A DNA stretch of 24,441 bases from Octopus sinensis (Eukaryota). Both the position numbers and the translations under genes were made by a program. Of this stretch, positions 1-11,598 are shown piece after piece. The notes below the pieces were generated by a model, which worked only from the letters and a program-made list of their open reading frames with translations, did no database searches and was not told the DNA's origin. Within the stretch, counting starts at the first letter, position 1. The number at the start of each line of letters is the position of its first letter. Location of the stretch: NCBI RefSeq assembly GCF_006345805.1, contig NW_021836373.1, forward strand, positions 1 to 24,441, read 5' to 3'.

Positions 1-351
1 TGGTACTACTTAATTTACTCGAAACACAATCGACCATAGTGGGGGGCGTGACAGACCCAGAAAGGATGAAAGGCAAAGTCAACCTCATTGAATTTGAACT
101 CAGAATGTAAGAAGACGAAAACCTATTTCTTTACTGCCCACAAGGGGCTAAACACAGAGGGGACCAACAAGGACAGACATAGGTATTAAGTCGATTACAT
201 CGACCCCATGCTAACTGGTACTTAATTTATCGACCCCGAAAGGATGAAAGGCAAAGTCGACCTCGGCGGAATTTGAACTCACAACGTAGCGACAGACGAA
301 ATACCGCTAAGCATTTCGTCCGGCGTGCTAACGTTTCTGCCACTCGCCGCC
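1..351 (-). mobile_element. tRNA-derived SINE array (two units visible, cut by the window start); duplicate of the array at 5798-6579
   Basis: Same sequence as ~6258-6579 but with many small indels. The minus-strand head GGCGGCGAG..TGGCAGAAACGTTAG has a B-box GAGTTCAAATTCC. Followed on the + strand by tttttaatacc. Confidence 0.85.
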
Positions 352-563
352 TTTTTAATACCGGTATTCCGCAGCCAGTCACATGCTCGGAGAAAAACTT
401 GTCAATTTTGATATAAAAACAGCTGAATAAAATATGACTGGCGTGAATATGTCGACCAAAATCCCGGAAATTATAAAATAAGTGAATTACAAAAATCCGT
501 ATTTATGAATACCTCTCATATTTTGCATAATTCCTCTTCATGTAAAACCAGTCTTATTCATTC

Positions 564-877
564 AAAAATGGTTATAATGAATGGTCCTACTCTAAATATG
601 CACCTGTTGATTGGAGAGCAGGCGAGAGGGATCGTACATTGGTGGGTAGAATAATCCTGGATCTGTGGGATTACTTGATTGGCCCTAGTTGAATTTCCTC
701 CTGTATCAGGACTGTTTCATTGATTTATCACATGATAATAGTATTTCACTGTGTTTTCCTTCCTTCCTTCTCCCCATCTTTTACTTAAATCCTCACACGC
801 GAATTGTTGTCTGTCCTTGTAACGTTCTTCTCATCTATGCCCTGAGGCTAATAAAAGAAATGATTATTATTATTATT
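564..877 (+). mobile_element. 5'-truncated Tx1/L1-clade LINE 3' fragment (second subfamily) ending in (ATT)n
   Basis: From 568 it translates MVIMNGPTLNMHL, resembling the ORF2 C-terminus MARMNDEATLTMIL of the LINE at 18307. A pyrimidine-rich UTR follows. The terminus ctgtccttgtaa...gccctgaggctaataaaagaaa resembles the LINE terminus ctaccttgtaa...gccctgtgtggctaataaagaaa. Confidence 0.7.
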
Positions 878-1185
878 GCTCTTGTTGTTGTTGTTGGCTT
901 TACAACGCAGTAATCTTTAAAGAACTGCTCCAGCAGATGGCGCTGGAAGCCGACATGTCGAAATCATTCCCTAGTGACTTTCTCAATTAGCTGTCATTTT
1001 GACTGGATATTCTAATGATTGATACCGAATTCGGATCACTTTCTCCGGTTAAAAGATGGGTCGCTACGTCCTTAATTTTCTTCATCGCTTGTTCTCAGCT
1101 TCTGACAGATCACACAACATCATCGACGTAACATTCCAGCTCCTGGCAGCAAACCCCCACTTTCTCTCGTTTCCCGCCACTCATC

Positions 1186-1202
1186 ATCTATCTATCTATC
1201 TA

Positions 1203-1274
<72 letters not shown>

Positions 1275-1304
1275 ATCTATCTATCTATCATCTATCTATC
1301 TATA
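1186..1304. repeat. (CTAT)n microsatellite
   Basis: Visible tetranucleotide array; counterpart at ~7420-7517. Confidence 0.95.
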
Positions 1305-1419
1305 TTATTGTCTGTCTCCTTGTTTATTTAACAGCAGACAGCTTCAATCATCAACTCTAAATGAGATCAAGCTTTCAACACTGAAAAACAAGCAAAATAT
1401 CCCCTACTATCTGTGGGCC

Positions 1420-1451
1420 TATCTATCCAATCTATCCAATCTATCTGTCTA

Positions 1452-1518
<67 letters not shown>

Positions 1519-1670
1519 GTCTGTCTGTCTGTCTGTCTGTCTACCTATCTGTCTGTGTCTGTCTGTCTTGTCTGTGTGTCTGTGTATCTGTCTGCCGTTT
1601 GTCTGTCTCTCTTACACACCAACACTCTCTCTTCTTTCCCCTCTCTCTCTCTCTCTTCATCTCTCTTTCT
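1420..1670. repeat. Compound (CTAT)n/(CTGT)n/(CT)n microsatellite
   Basis: Visible; source of the SIYL/SVCL pseudo-ORFs. Counterpart at ~7634-7870. Confidence 0.9.
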
Positions 1671-1677
1671 ATCAATC

Positions 1678-1852
1678 ATGTTACAACTTCGCTATTATTT
1701 TCTGTTTATTCGCTTCCCCTGTCACCTCACTCACGGCACACCTACACACACTCACACACATACACCCATACATATATCATACATATATATGTATATATAC
1801 ACACACATACATATATATTCATATGCACTTACATATCTATATTAGACTATGC

Positions 1853-1898
<46 letters not shown>

Positions 1899-2100
1899 TA
1901 TAATTATATTTTACTTACAACACACACATGTGTATATAAGTATATATAGAGAGAAATATAGATATGTATGTGTATATGATATAATGTTATGCGTGGATAT
2001 ATATATGTATGTATATATATGTGTGCGCGTGTGTGTGTTTGAGTGTTGGGAGGTGGACAGAAGAAGAGATGAACAGAAAATAATAGCGAAGTTTTGACAT
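1678..2100. mobile_element. Degenerate foldback/MITE-like element with long inverted arms
   Basis: Left end atgttacaacttcgctattattttctgtttat is the near reverse complement of right end atgaacagaaaataatagcgaagttttgacat. Inner segments are also inverted (tatatattcatatgcacttacatatctatatt vs aatatagatatgtatgtgtatatga..). Confidence 0.65.
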
Positions 2101-2149
2101 ACACACTCACCATACACATATGCGCATAAGCAATCTAAGCACACAGCCA

Positions 2150-3523
2150 TCTTATATAAAAATGACAATTTCTGTCCGTCTGTTTTTTACCATCTTGTTG
2201 CCTATATCAGCGAGCCAATTTTTACGAAACTTTGCATACATTTAAACTAACATCCAGTTCAATATAAACTAATTGGATTGCAATTAAAATTTATAAATGG
2301 GCCCCCTACGGGCGTTGGGTTATTATATGATAAAATGAGAAGAAAAATGTGGTGGCATAATGAGGGTGGCTGATATCAGGGAAGAGAAGGAGACGACAGG
2401 AAGAAACAGTGAGACAGGGAATATGAGAGATAGAGAGAGAGAACAGCGATAGGGATAGGCAGGAGAGAATGTGTTTACCGAGGGAACAACGAATTTAATA
2501 CTTTGTTCTTTAATTTTACCTGTCATTTTACTTATCGCATGCTCAGTCAAAAATTTTTTTAGTGAAAAGTAAAGTGTTTTTATATTGTTTTCAAACCACT
2601 GTTTAAGATTTATTAAAACTTTACCAACGTACTGAAACAATAAAACTATAGAAATTCGTTTTATTTTCTTCCATTGATGAATAATAGCCCGTCGTTGTGA
2701 GGCATTTTTACAATAGTATGTCTTATACATTTTTGTTTATCCATGTCAGACCATGCTTTCCCCTTTCCCCAACAGATAGGCCTCTTGATCAGGACAGATT
2801 TGTGCAATTTTTCGGAAAAAAGTTCGTTCGCGATCTTTTTCCTTTTAAAATTACCTGCATGTTTGTTCGACCCGTTTCACATGACTTTATTCATTAAAAC
2901 TTATTAAAATATCAGAAGTTCTAACAACTTGGTCGTTGTAATGCCTAGCTTTCGTTTGTTTAATAAAAAGTCCCTCACACTAATGATTTGCTTTCATTTG
3001 TGATAAACACTTATCATGCAGAAAATGCTAACTTCCAATCGTGTTTTCTGATTAGGTAAAAGTGATTAAATTTTAAACCCCAGTGACATTTTTACTGCAC
3101 TATTTCTAGAGCAAATAAATAAAAAATTCGGATTTAACGTGGAAAAGTATTTCAATATACCAAATTTGAACATTTTGAGCTAATTTTAAATTTCACAATG
3201 TGACAGTAATGGGAAAACCCCCCAAAATTGATAATATTCAACCTTCAATTGTTTCATAGTCGCACATCGTCATCCCCTCAACATTCTAACCATCCACCAA
3301 TTCAACTTTGATATTACCTTACCATTACAAATCAATCATTATGATTTAAATATTTTACCTTGCAGTATTTGTAAATATATCCCACGTCACGTGTATTTGT
3401 AAATTTATTTGTAATTTAAACGGAAACTGAACAGGGAACGGGATAGGATATGCAACATTGTAATGGGAACGGGAGCTGGAAATACCCTCGACTTTTCCGG
3501 GTATTACCGGGTAATTCAGCTAG
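2150..3523 (+). mobile_element. Non-autonomous Helitron
   Basis: Starts A|TCttatataaaaatg and ends CTAG|T. GC-rich hairpins lie just upstream of the end (aataccc..gggtatt; ccgg-gtatta-ccgg). No TSD. The 5' part has tctgtccgtctgt..ccaatttttacgaaactttg, of the kind seen in short Helitron-derived repeats. Confidence 0.75.
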
Positions 3524-3913
3524 TATTCTATAAAGAATACATGTCTATGCACAAATACATGTGTGTGTGTGTGTGTGTATTGTACAAACATATGTATGTA
3601 TACAAACACACACGCACACATACACCTTGAATGTCAACATTCACATCGATATCAACGAGTACTCGTACATGCTCACACATGTTCGCACGCCCAGGTGATT
3701 CAGTGCGCGCGCGAACATGTGTGTAGGGAGGGTGATGGTGATAGTTGTGTGTGTGTGTGTGTGCCTCTGTGTGTGTGCATGCATATCCGTCCATCCCTGA
3801 GTCTGTGCGCGCGCGCGTGTGTACATGGGGTGGGGTGGGGTGGAGATTATATGCGTACGACCGTAAATATGGATGAGTGCCTGATGAAATTCTGGGTATG
3901 ATTTTCCTCCACT

Positions 3914-3970
3914 GTTAGTTGAAGGCTACCAAACCTGCCATACACAGACAACTTCAGCTTTATATATTAT
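3914..3970 (-). mobile_element. Possible 5' terminal fragment of another Helitron-like repeat at the duplication junction
   Basis: Minus strand reads ataatatataaagctgaagttgtctgtgtatggcagg, similar in style to Helitron 5' ends. Only ~55 bp are present. Confidence 0.3.
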
Positions 3971-4199
3971 TTTTTACTGTCCACAAGGGGCTAAACATAG
4001 ATGGAACACACAAGGACAGACAAAGGGAACAAAGGGATTAAGTCGATTAGATCGACCCCAGTGTGTAACTGGTACTTAATTTATCGACCCCGCAAGGATG
4101 AAAGGCAAAGTCGACTCCAGCGGAATTTGAACTCAGAACGTAAAGCCAACGAAATACTGCTAAGCATTTCGCCCTGCGTGCTAACGTTTCTGCCAGCTG
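3971..4199 (-). mobile_element. tRNA-derived SINE, single diverged copy of the 5798-6579 family (resembles octopus OR-type SINEs)
   Basis: Aligns end to end with the array monomer; B-box (ggaatttgaactc on +) present. Confidence 0.85.
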
Positions 4200-4446
4200 A
4201 TGAAAAGACATACAAAATTGCTTCTAATTTCAGTTAAATAACTACTTGACAAGAAACATAAAAATAAATGGGGCATACTGCGTATTAAAAATGCATCGAT
4301 TCGCGAGTAATCAGCAGACTGACGAAGTAGAAATGAGCCGGCCCAAATAATCCTGTGGACCCCAATCGAAATTAAGCTCTGTTAAGTCGAGTTTGTTTTT
4401 ACTTAATCTATGGTGTTGCTGCAATTTAACTTACCTTTTTCTTTTT

Positions 4447-4872
4447 CGTTTTACTTGTTTCAGTCATTGACTGCGGCCATGCTGGAGCACCGCATTTGAA
4501 AGGTTTTGATCGAACAAATCAACCCCAGCACTTATTTTTTAAGCTTGGTTCTTATTCTATCGGTCTCTTTTGCCGAACCGTTGAAGTTACGGAGACGTGA
4601 ACACACTAACACCGGTTGTCAGGCAGTGGTGGGGGACAAACACAGACACAAAGACACACACACACACATAAATATATACATATATATTATATACATACAT
4701 ATATATGTATGTGTGATACACGACGAGCTTCTTTCAGCTTCCGTCTATCACTAACAAGGCTTGGTCGGCCCGATCCTATAGAAGACACTTGTCCAAGGTG
4801 CCGCGTAGGGGGACTGAACTCGAAACCATGTGGTTGGGAAGCAAGCGTCTTACCACACAAACCACCAGCAAA
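4447..4872 (-). mobile_element. Second tRNA-derived SINE family, near full length
   Basis: Minus-strand head gtggtttgtgtggtaag...gagttcagtccc (A/B-box-like), then ccttggacaagtgtcttc, an internal (TG)/(TA) tract and the tail cagtcaatgactgaaacaagtaaaa. A second copy lies at ~11797-12092. Confidence 0.8.
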
Positions 4873-4889
4873 CGCCATATATATTAAAT

Positions 4890-5048
4890 ATACTGATCAC
4901 AACTGTCCGACGAACGGTAACATGAAACTCTGAGTAATGAGTAACAGTTTGTGAAGATTTTTTCAGTTGTAATAAAAGCATATTACTCTACCTTCGGTAT
5001 TCGAGTACTATTTTTTCCACCTTGTTTTGCATTTATGCGCTCACTCGT
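4890..5048 (+). mobile_element. Short PLE-terminal-repeat-like fragment with a decayed hammerhead motif (4901-4949)
   Basis: aactgt-CcGACGA-acggtaacat-GAAA-ctctgag-TA-[7-bp tgagtaa duplication]-acagtt; runs into (TG)n/(TA)n. Confidence 0.45.
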
Positions 5049-5073
5049 GTTTGTGCGTGTGTGTGTGTGTGTA

Positions 5074-5113
<40 letters not shown>

Positions 5114-5224
5114 TGCGCGTCTATATATATAAAAGAGAGAGAGTAAAGAGTATATATATATAATAAATATATATATATATATTATATATATATATATATT
5201 ATATATATATTATATATATATATT

Positions 5225-5255
<31 letters not shown>

Positions 5256-5338
5256 ATATATATATATATATAATATAATATATATATAATATATATATAA
5301 TATATGTATGTATGTATATAAATACATGCATATACATA
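5049..5338. repeat. (TG)n, (AG)n and degenerate (TA)n microsatellites
   Basis: Visible. Confidence 0.9.
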
Positions 5339-5797
5339 TCCCGTGTACGCAGTTGAGTCAGTATTTAATTAAAATAGCTTTCTATGTAACATACTTAATG
5401 TATACACACAACCTCGATAGGCCAATTACTGCAGTATTTGTCTTGAGCTAGAATCATTTATGGACTTGCTGTTTTAAAAAGCACAATGCCGTATTTTCCA
5501 GCATAGATACTGACGTAATATACCAAGTAAACTTGCAGTGCAAGCGTCCAAACATCGTCACTGTCTTTCCAAATTTTGTTGCATTTCACAGGCAATTTTT
5601 GGTCCTCAAAACTCGTCGCTTTGGTCATCAAAAAACGGTCGGCCTACGATGAGGGTGGGGCGGGCAGTTGGAGATTTTGGTCTGAAAAAAATTCGACTTG
5701 TATGCTGCAGAATACCGTAAAATATCAGAGAAAGACGAAAATTCAGCCAGCGTGAACGCCAGATGCATTTCTGTTATTTTGGGACCTTTTTAATACC

Positions 5798-6579
5798 TAT
5801 TTCTTTATTACCCACAAGGGGCTAAACACAGAGGGGACAAACAAGGACAGACATAGGTATTAAGTCGATTACATCGACCCCAGTGCGTAACTGGTACTTA
5901 ATTTATCGACCCCGAAAGGATGAAAGGCAAAGTCGACCTCGGCGGAATTTGAACTCAGAACGTAACACAGACGAAATACCTATTTCTTTATTACCCACAA
6001 GGGGCTAAACACAGAGGGGACAAACAAGGACAGACATAGGTATTAAGTCGATTACATCGACCCCAGTGCGTAACTGGTACTTAATTTATCGACCCCGAAA
6101 GGATGAAAGGCAAAGTCAACCTCAGTGGAATTTGAACTCAGAATGTAAAGACAGACGAAATACCTATTTCTTTACTGCCCACAAGGGGCTAAACACAGAG
6201 GGGACAAACAAGGACAGACATAGGTATTAAGTCGATTACATCGACCCCAGTGCGTAACTGGTACTTAATTTATCGACCCCGAAAGGATGAAAGGCAAAGT
6301 CAACCTCAGTGGAATTTGAACTCAGAATGTAAAGACAGACGAAATACCTATTTCTTTACTGCCCACAAGGGGCTAAACACAGAGGGGACAAACAAGGACA
6401 GACATAGGTATTAAGTCGATTACATCGACCCCAGTGCGTAACTGGTACTTAATTTATCGACCCCGAAAGGATGAAAGGCAAAGTCGACCTCGGCGGAATT
6501 TGAACTCACAACGTAGCGACAGACGAAATACCGCTAAGCATTTCGTCCGGCGTGCTAACGTTTCTGCCAGCTCGCCGCC
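5798..6579 (-). mobile_element. Head-to-tail tetramer of the tRNA-derived SINE, flanked by one 11-bp TSD
   Basis: On the + strand, units begin at 5798, 5981, 6165 and 6349 (periods 183/184/184). Only the last unit has the complete tRNA head. TSD tttttaatacc at 5787-5797 and 6580-6590. Confidence 0.9.
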
Positions 6580-6795
6580 TTTTTAATACCGTATATTCCG
6601 CAGCCAGTCACATGCTCGGAGAAAAACTTGTCATCTTTGATATAAAAAACAGCTGAATAAAATATGACTGGCTGTGAATATGTCGACCAAAATCCCGGAA
6701 ATTATAAAATAAGTGAATTACAAAAATCCGTATTTATGAATACCTCTCATATTTTGCATAAATTCCTCTTCATGTAAAACCAGTCTTATTCATTC

Positions 6796-7109
6796 AAAAA
6801 TGGTTATAATGAATGGTCCTACTCTAATATGCACCTGTTGATTGGAGAGCAGGCGAGAGGGATCGTACATTTGGTGGGTAGAATAATCCTGGATCTGTGG
6901 GATTACTTGATTGGCCCTAGTTGAATTTCCTCCTGTATCAGGACTGTTTCATTGATGTTATCACATGATAATAGTATTTCACTGTGTTTTCCTTTCCTTT
7001 CTCCCCATCTTTTACTTAAATCCTCACACGCGAATTGTTGTCTGTCCTTGTAACGTTCTTCTCATCTATGCCCCTGAGGCTAATAAAAGAAATGATTATT
7101 ATTATTATT
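6796..7109 (+). mobile_element. Duplicate of the Tx1-type 3' fragment at 564-877
   Basis: Part of the duplication; same terminus and (ATT)n tail. Confidence 0.7.
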
Positions 7110-7419
7110 GCTCTTGTTGTTGTGTTTGCTTTACAACGCAGTAATCTTTAAAGAACTGCTCCAGCAGATGGCGCTGGAAGCCGACATGTCGAAATCATTC
7201 CCTAGTGACTTTCTCAATTAGCTGTCATTTTGACTGGATATTCTATGATTGATAACCGAATTCGGATCACATTTCTCCGGTTAAAAGATGGGTCGCTTAC
7301 GTCCTTAATTTTTCTTCATCGCTTGTTCTCAGCTTCTGACAGATCACACAACATCATCGACGTAACATTCCAGCTCCTGGCAGCAAACCCCCACTTTCTC
7401 TCGTTTCCCGCCACTCCTC

Positions 7420-7517
<98 letters not shown>

Positions 7518-7665
7518 ATTATTGTCTGTCTCCTTGTTTATTTAACAGCAGACAGCTTCAATCATCAACTCTAAATGAGATCAAGCTTTCAACACTGAAA
7601 AACAAGCAAAATATCCCCTACTATCTGTGGGCCTATCTATCCAATCTATCCAATCTATCTGTCTA

Positions 7666-7724
<59 letters not shown>

Positions 7725-7878
7725 GTCTGTCTGTCTGTCTGTCTGTCTACCTATCTGTCTGTGTCTGTCTGTCTGTCTGTGTGTCTGTGTATCTGTCTGC
7801 CTGTTTGTCTGTCTCTCTTACACACACACCATACTCTCTCTTTCTTTCCCTCTCTCTTCATCTCTCTTTCTATCAATC

Positions 7879-8053
7879 ATGTTACAACTTCGCTATTATT
7901 TTCTGTTTATCGCTTCCCCTGTCACCTCACTCACGGCACACCTACATACACTCACACACATACACCCATACATATATACATACATATATATGTATATATA
8001 CACACACATACATATATATTCATATGCACTTACATATCTATATTAGACTATGC

Positions 8054-8107
<54 letters not shown>

Positions 8108-8302
8108 TTTTACTTACACACACACAATGTGTATATAAGTATATATAGAGAGAAATATAGATATGTATGTGTATATGAATATATATGTGTATGCGTGGAT
8201 ATATATATGTATGTATATATATGTGTGCGCGTGTGTGTGTTTGAGTGTTGGGAGGTGGACAGAAGAAGAGATGAACAGAAAATAATAGCGAAGTTTTGAC
8301 AT
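7879..8302. mobile_element. Duplicate foldback/MITE-like element
   Basis: Same inverted termini as 1678-2100. Confidence 0.65.
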
Positions 8303-8352
8303 ACACACTCACACATACACATATGCGCATAAGCAATCTAAGCACACAGCCA

Positions 8353-9738
8353 TCTTATATAAAAATGACAATTTCTGTCCGTCTGTTTGTTACCATCTTG
8401 TTGCCTATATCAGCGAGCCAATTTTTACGAAACTTTGCATACATGTTAAACTAACATCCAGTTCAATTATAAACTAATTGGATTGCAATTAAAAATTATA
8501 ATGGGCCCCCTACGGGCGTTGGGTTATTATATGATAAAATGAGAAGAAAAATGTGGTGGCATAATGAGGGTGGCTGATATCAGGGAAGAGAAGGAGACGA
8601 CAGGAAGAAACAGTGAGACAGGGAATATGAGAGATAGAGAGAGAGAACAAGCGATAGGGATAGAGCAGGAGAGAATGTGTTTACCGAAGGGAACAACGAA
8701 TTTTAATACTTTGTTCTTTAATTTTTACCTGTCATTTTACTTATCGCATGCTCAGTCAAAAATTTTTTTTAGTGAAAAGTAAAGTGTTTTTATATTTGTT
8801 TTCAAACCACTGTATTAAGATTTATTAAAACTTTACCAACGTACTGAAACAATAAAACTATAGATAATGTCTTTTATTTTCTTCCATTGATGAATAATAG
8901 CCCGTCGTTGTGAGGCAATTTTTACAATAGTATGTCTTATACAAATTTTTGTTTATCCCATGTCAGACCATGCTTTCCCCAACAGATAGGCCTCTTGATC
9001 AGGACAGATTTGTGCAATTTTTCGGAAAAAAAGTTCGTTCGCGATCTTTTTCCTTTTAAAATTACCTGCATGTTTGTTCGACCGTTTCACATGACTTTAT
9101 TCATTAAAACTTATTAAAATATCAGAAGTTCTAACAACTTTGGTCGTTGTAATGCCTAGCTTTCGTTTGTTTAATAAAAATTCCCTCACGTAATGATTTT
9201 GCTTTCATTTGTGATAAACACTTATCATGCAGAAAATGCTAACTTCCAAATCGTGTTTTCTGATTAGGTAAAAGTGATTAAATTTTAAACCCCAGTGACA
9301 TTTTACTGCACTATTTCTAGAGCAAATAAATAAAAAATTCGGATTTAACGTGGAAAAGTATTTCAATATACCAAATTTGAACATTTTGAGCTAATTTTAA
9401 AATTTCACAATGTGACAGTAATAGGGAAAACCCCCAAAATTGATAATATTCAACCTTCAATTGTTTCATAGTCGCACATCGTCAATCCCCTCAACATTCT
9501 AACCATCCACCAATTCAACTTTGATATTACCTTACCATTACAAATCAATCAATTTTATGATTTAAATATTTTACTTGCAGTATTTGTAAATATATCCCAC
9601 GTCACGTGTATTTGTAAATTTATTTGTAATTTAAACGGAAACTGAACAGGGAACGGGATAGGATATGCAACATTGTAATGGGAACGGGAGCTGGAAATAC
9701 CCTCGACTTTTCCGGGTATTACCGGGTAATTCAGCTAG
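8353..9738 (+). mobile_element. Duplicate non-autonomous Helitron
   Basis: A|TC start at 8353; CTAG|T end at 9738. Confidence 0.75.
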
Positions 9739-10782
9739 TATTCTATAAAGAATACATGTCTATGCACAAATACATGTGTGTGTGTGTGTGTGTATTGTAC
9801 AAACATATGTATGTATACAAACACACGCACACATACACCTTGAATGTCAACATTCACATCGATATCAACGAGTACTCGTACATGCTCACACATGTTCGCA
9901 CGCCCAGGTGATTCAGTGCGCGCGCGAACATGTGTGTGTAGAGGGTGATGGTGATAGTTGTGTGTGTGTGTGTGTGCCTCTGTGTGTGTGCATGCATATC
10001 CGTCCATCCCTGAGTCTGTGCGCGCGCGCGTGTGTACATGGGGTGGGGTGGGGTGGAGATTATATGCGTACGACCGTAAATATGGATGAGTGCCTGATGA
10101 AATTCTGGTATGATTTTCCTCCACTTTTTTGGCTTCAGTATTCATTGTTTAACTATGTGTATTTCATACTTAAAGTATACACATAGTTAAAAGCCTTCTA
10201 AATTGCAATATTTGTGTCAAAAATACTTTTATAGACGTATAGTGTTAAAAAGCACAGAAATATATCAGCAGTAGGCAAAAATCTACTCACTATATATGAA
10301 TCATTAACGTAATTCACACAAACCTTTGAAGATATTTCAAATTATATCTACTAGTTGTTTACGTTTATTCATTCCAAGGATTAACATGAGTAGATCTGAT
10401 TATTTTCAGTTACAATAAACAACAATAGATGTAAAAATAATAAATTTTCGGGCATCTCTGTGCCTCCCTTCTATCTTTTGCTTTATCCTTCTTGCAGAGA
10501 AGCTCAATTCTATTCTCAGCTTAACTGCAAGTATTCTGCAAGTGGAAGATTTTATATGGTTAAATGAGTCGTTAAAAGTTGAAACATTTCATACCTCAGT
10601 TTGCTAATTCAGGGAATGTATTATTACGATTATGCTGCTTTATATACATCTTGTCATACGTTTCTTTTGTAGAAAAGGATTTGCTCAGTTCCAACGTCAA
10701 TAGATCTTCATTTCTGGTGATCTGTTGCTGCGAAGTAATTTGGCACACCATCAAATTGTGTGTGTGTGTGTGTGTAAAAATA

Positions 10783-10789
<7 letters not shown>

Positions 10790-10818
<29 letters not shown>

Positions 10819-11407
10819 TGTATGTATGTATGTATGTATGTATGTATACAGGTATGTTTGTATGTATGTATGTATGTATGTATGTATGTATACAGGTATG
10901 TATGTATGTATGTATGTATGTATGTATGTATGTATGTATGTATGTATGTATACAGGTATGTATGTATGTATGTATGTATGTATGTATGTAGTATGTATGT
11001 ATACAGGTATGTTTGTATGTATGTATGTATGTATGTATGTATGTATGTATGTATACAGGTATGTATGTATGTATGTATGTATGTAAGTATGTATGTTTGT
11101 ATGTATGTATGTATGTATACAGGTATGTATGTATGTATGTATGTATGTATGTATGTATACAGGTATGTTTGTATGTATGTATGTATGTATGTATGTATGT
11201 ATGTATGTATGTATGTATGTATGTATACAGGTATGTATGTATGTATGTATGTATGTAAGTATGTATGTATGTATGTATGTATGTATGTATACAGGTATGT
11301 TTGTATGTATGTATGTATGTATGTATACAGGTATGTTTGTATGTATGTATGTATGTATGTATGTATACAGGTATGTTTGTATGTATGTATGTATGTATAC
11401 AGGTATG

Positions 11408-11438
<31 letters not shown>

Positions 11439-11598
11439 GTATGTATGTATGTATGTATGTATGTATGTATACAGGTATGTTTGTATGTATGTATGTATGT
11501 ATGTATACAGGTATGTATGTATGTATGTATGTATGTAAGTATGTATGTATGTATGTATGTATGTATGTATACAGGTATGTTTGTATGTATGTATGTAT
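10790..11598. repeat. ~800-bp (GTAT)n array with recurrent variant units (higher-order structure)
   Basis: By eye, 15 gtataCAGgtatg interruptions, 4 GTAAGT variants and several GTTT variants. Confidence 0.95.

Larger units (their letters stand above)
1..3913 (+). repeat. Copy 1 of a ~6.2-kb tandem (segmental) duplication; matches ~6258-10125
   Basis: Collinear near-identity at an offset of ~6212-6260 bp. Both copies end at ...gattttcctccact (3913 and 10125) and then diverge. Confidence 0.95.
6258..10125 (+). repeat. Copy 2 of the duplicated block (full inferred unit 3914-10125)
   Basis: Matches 1-3913. Confidence 0.95.

Noticed and set aside
1056-2168. SIYL/HTYI-rich ORFs (also 7230-8345, 17458-17829, 21765-22235)
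   Set aside because: Microsatellite translations.
5798-6579. CRISPR-like array or tRNA gene cluster
   Set aside because: Units are ~184-bp near-identical SINE bodies with no unique spacers and no cas genes; the head is tRNA-derived but not an evident cloverleaf.
5704-6605. Short inverted motif gctgcagaatac / tattccgcagc around the SINE array
   Set aside because: Only ~11 bp and imperfect; insufficient to call TIRs.
10480-10730. Possible minus-strand exon or decayed hAT transposase fragment (..EDLLTLELSKSF..TFPELAN*)
   Set aside because: Short, stop-terminated and without a convincing motif; would need a tBLASTx or HMM hit.
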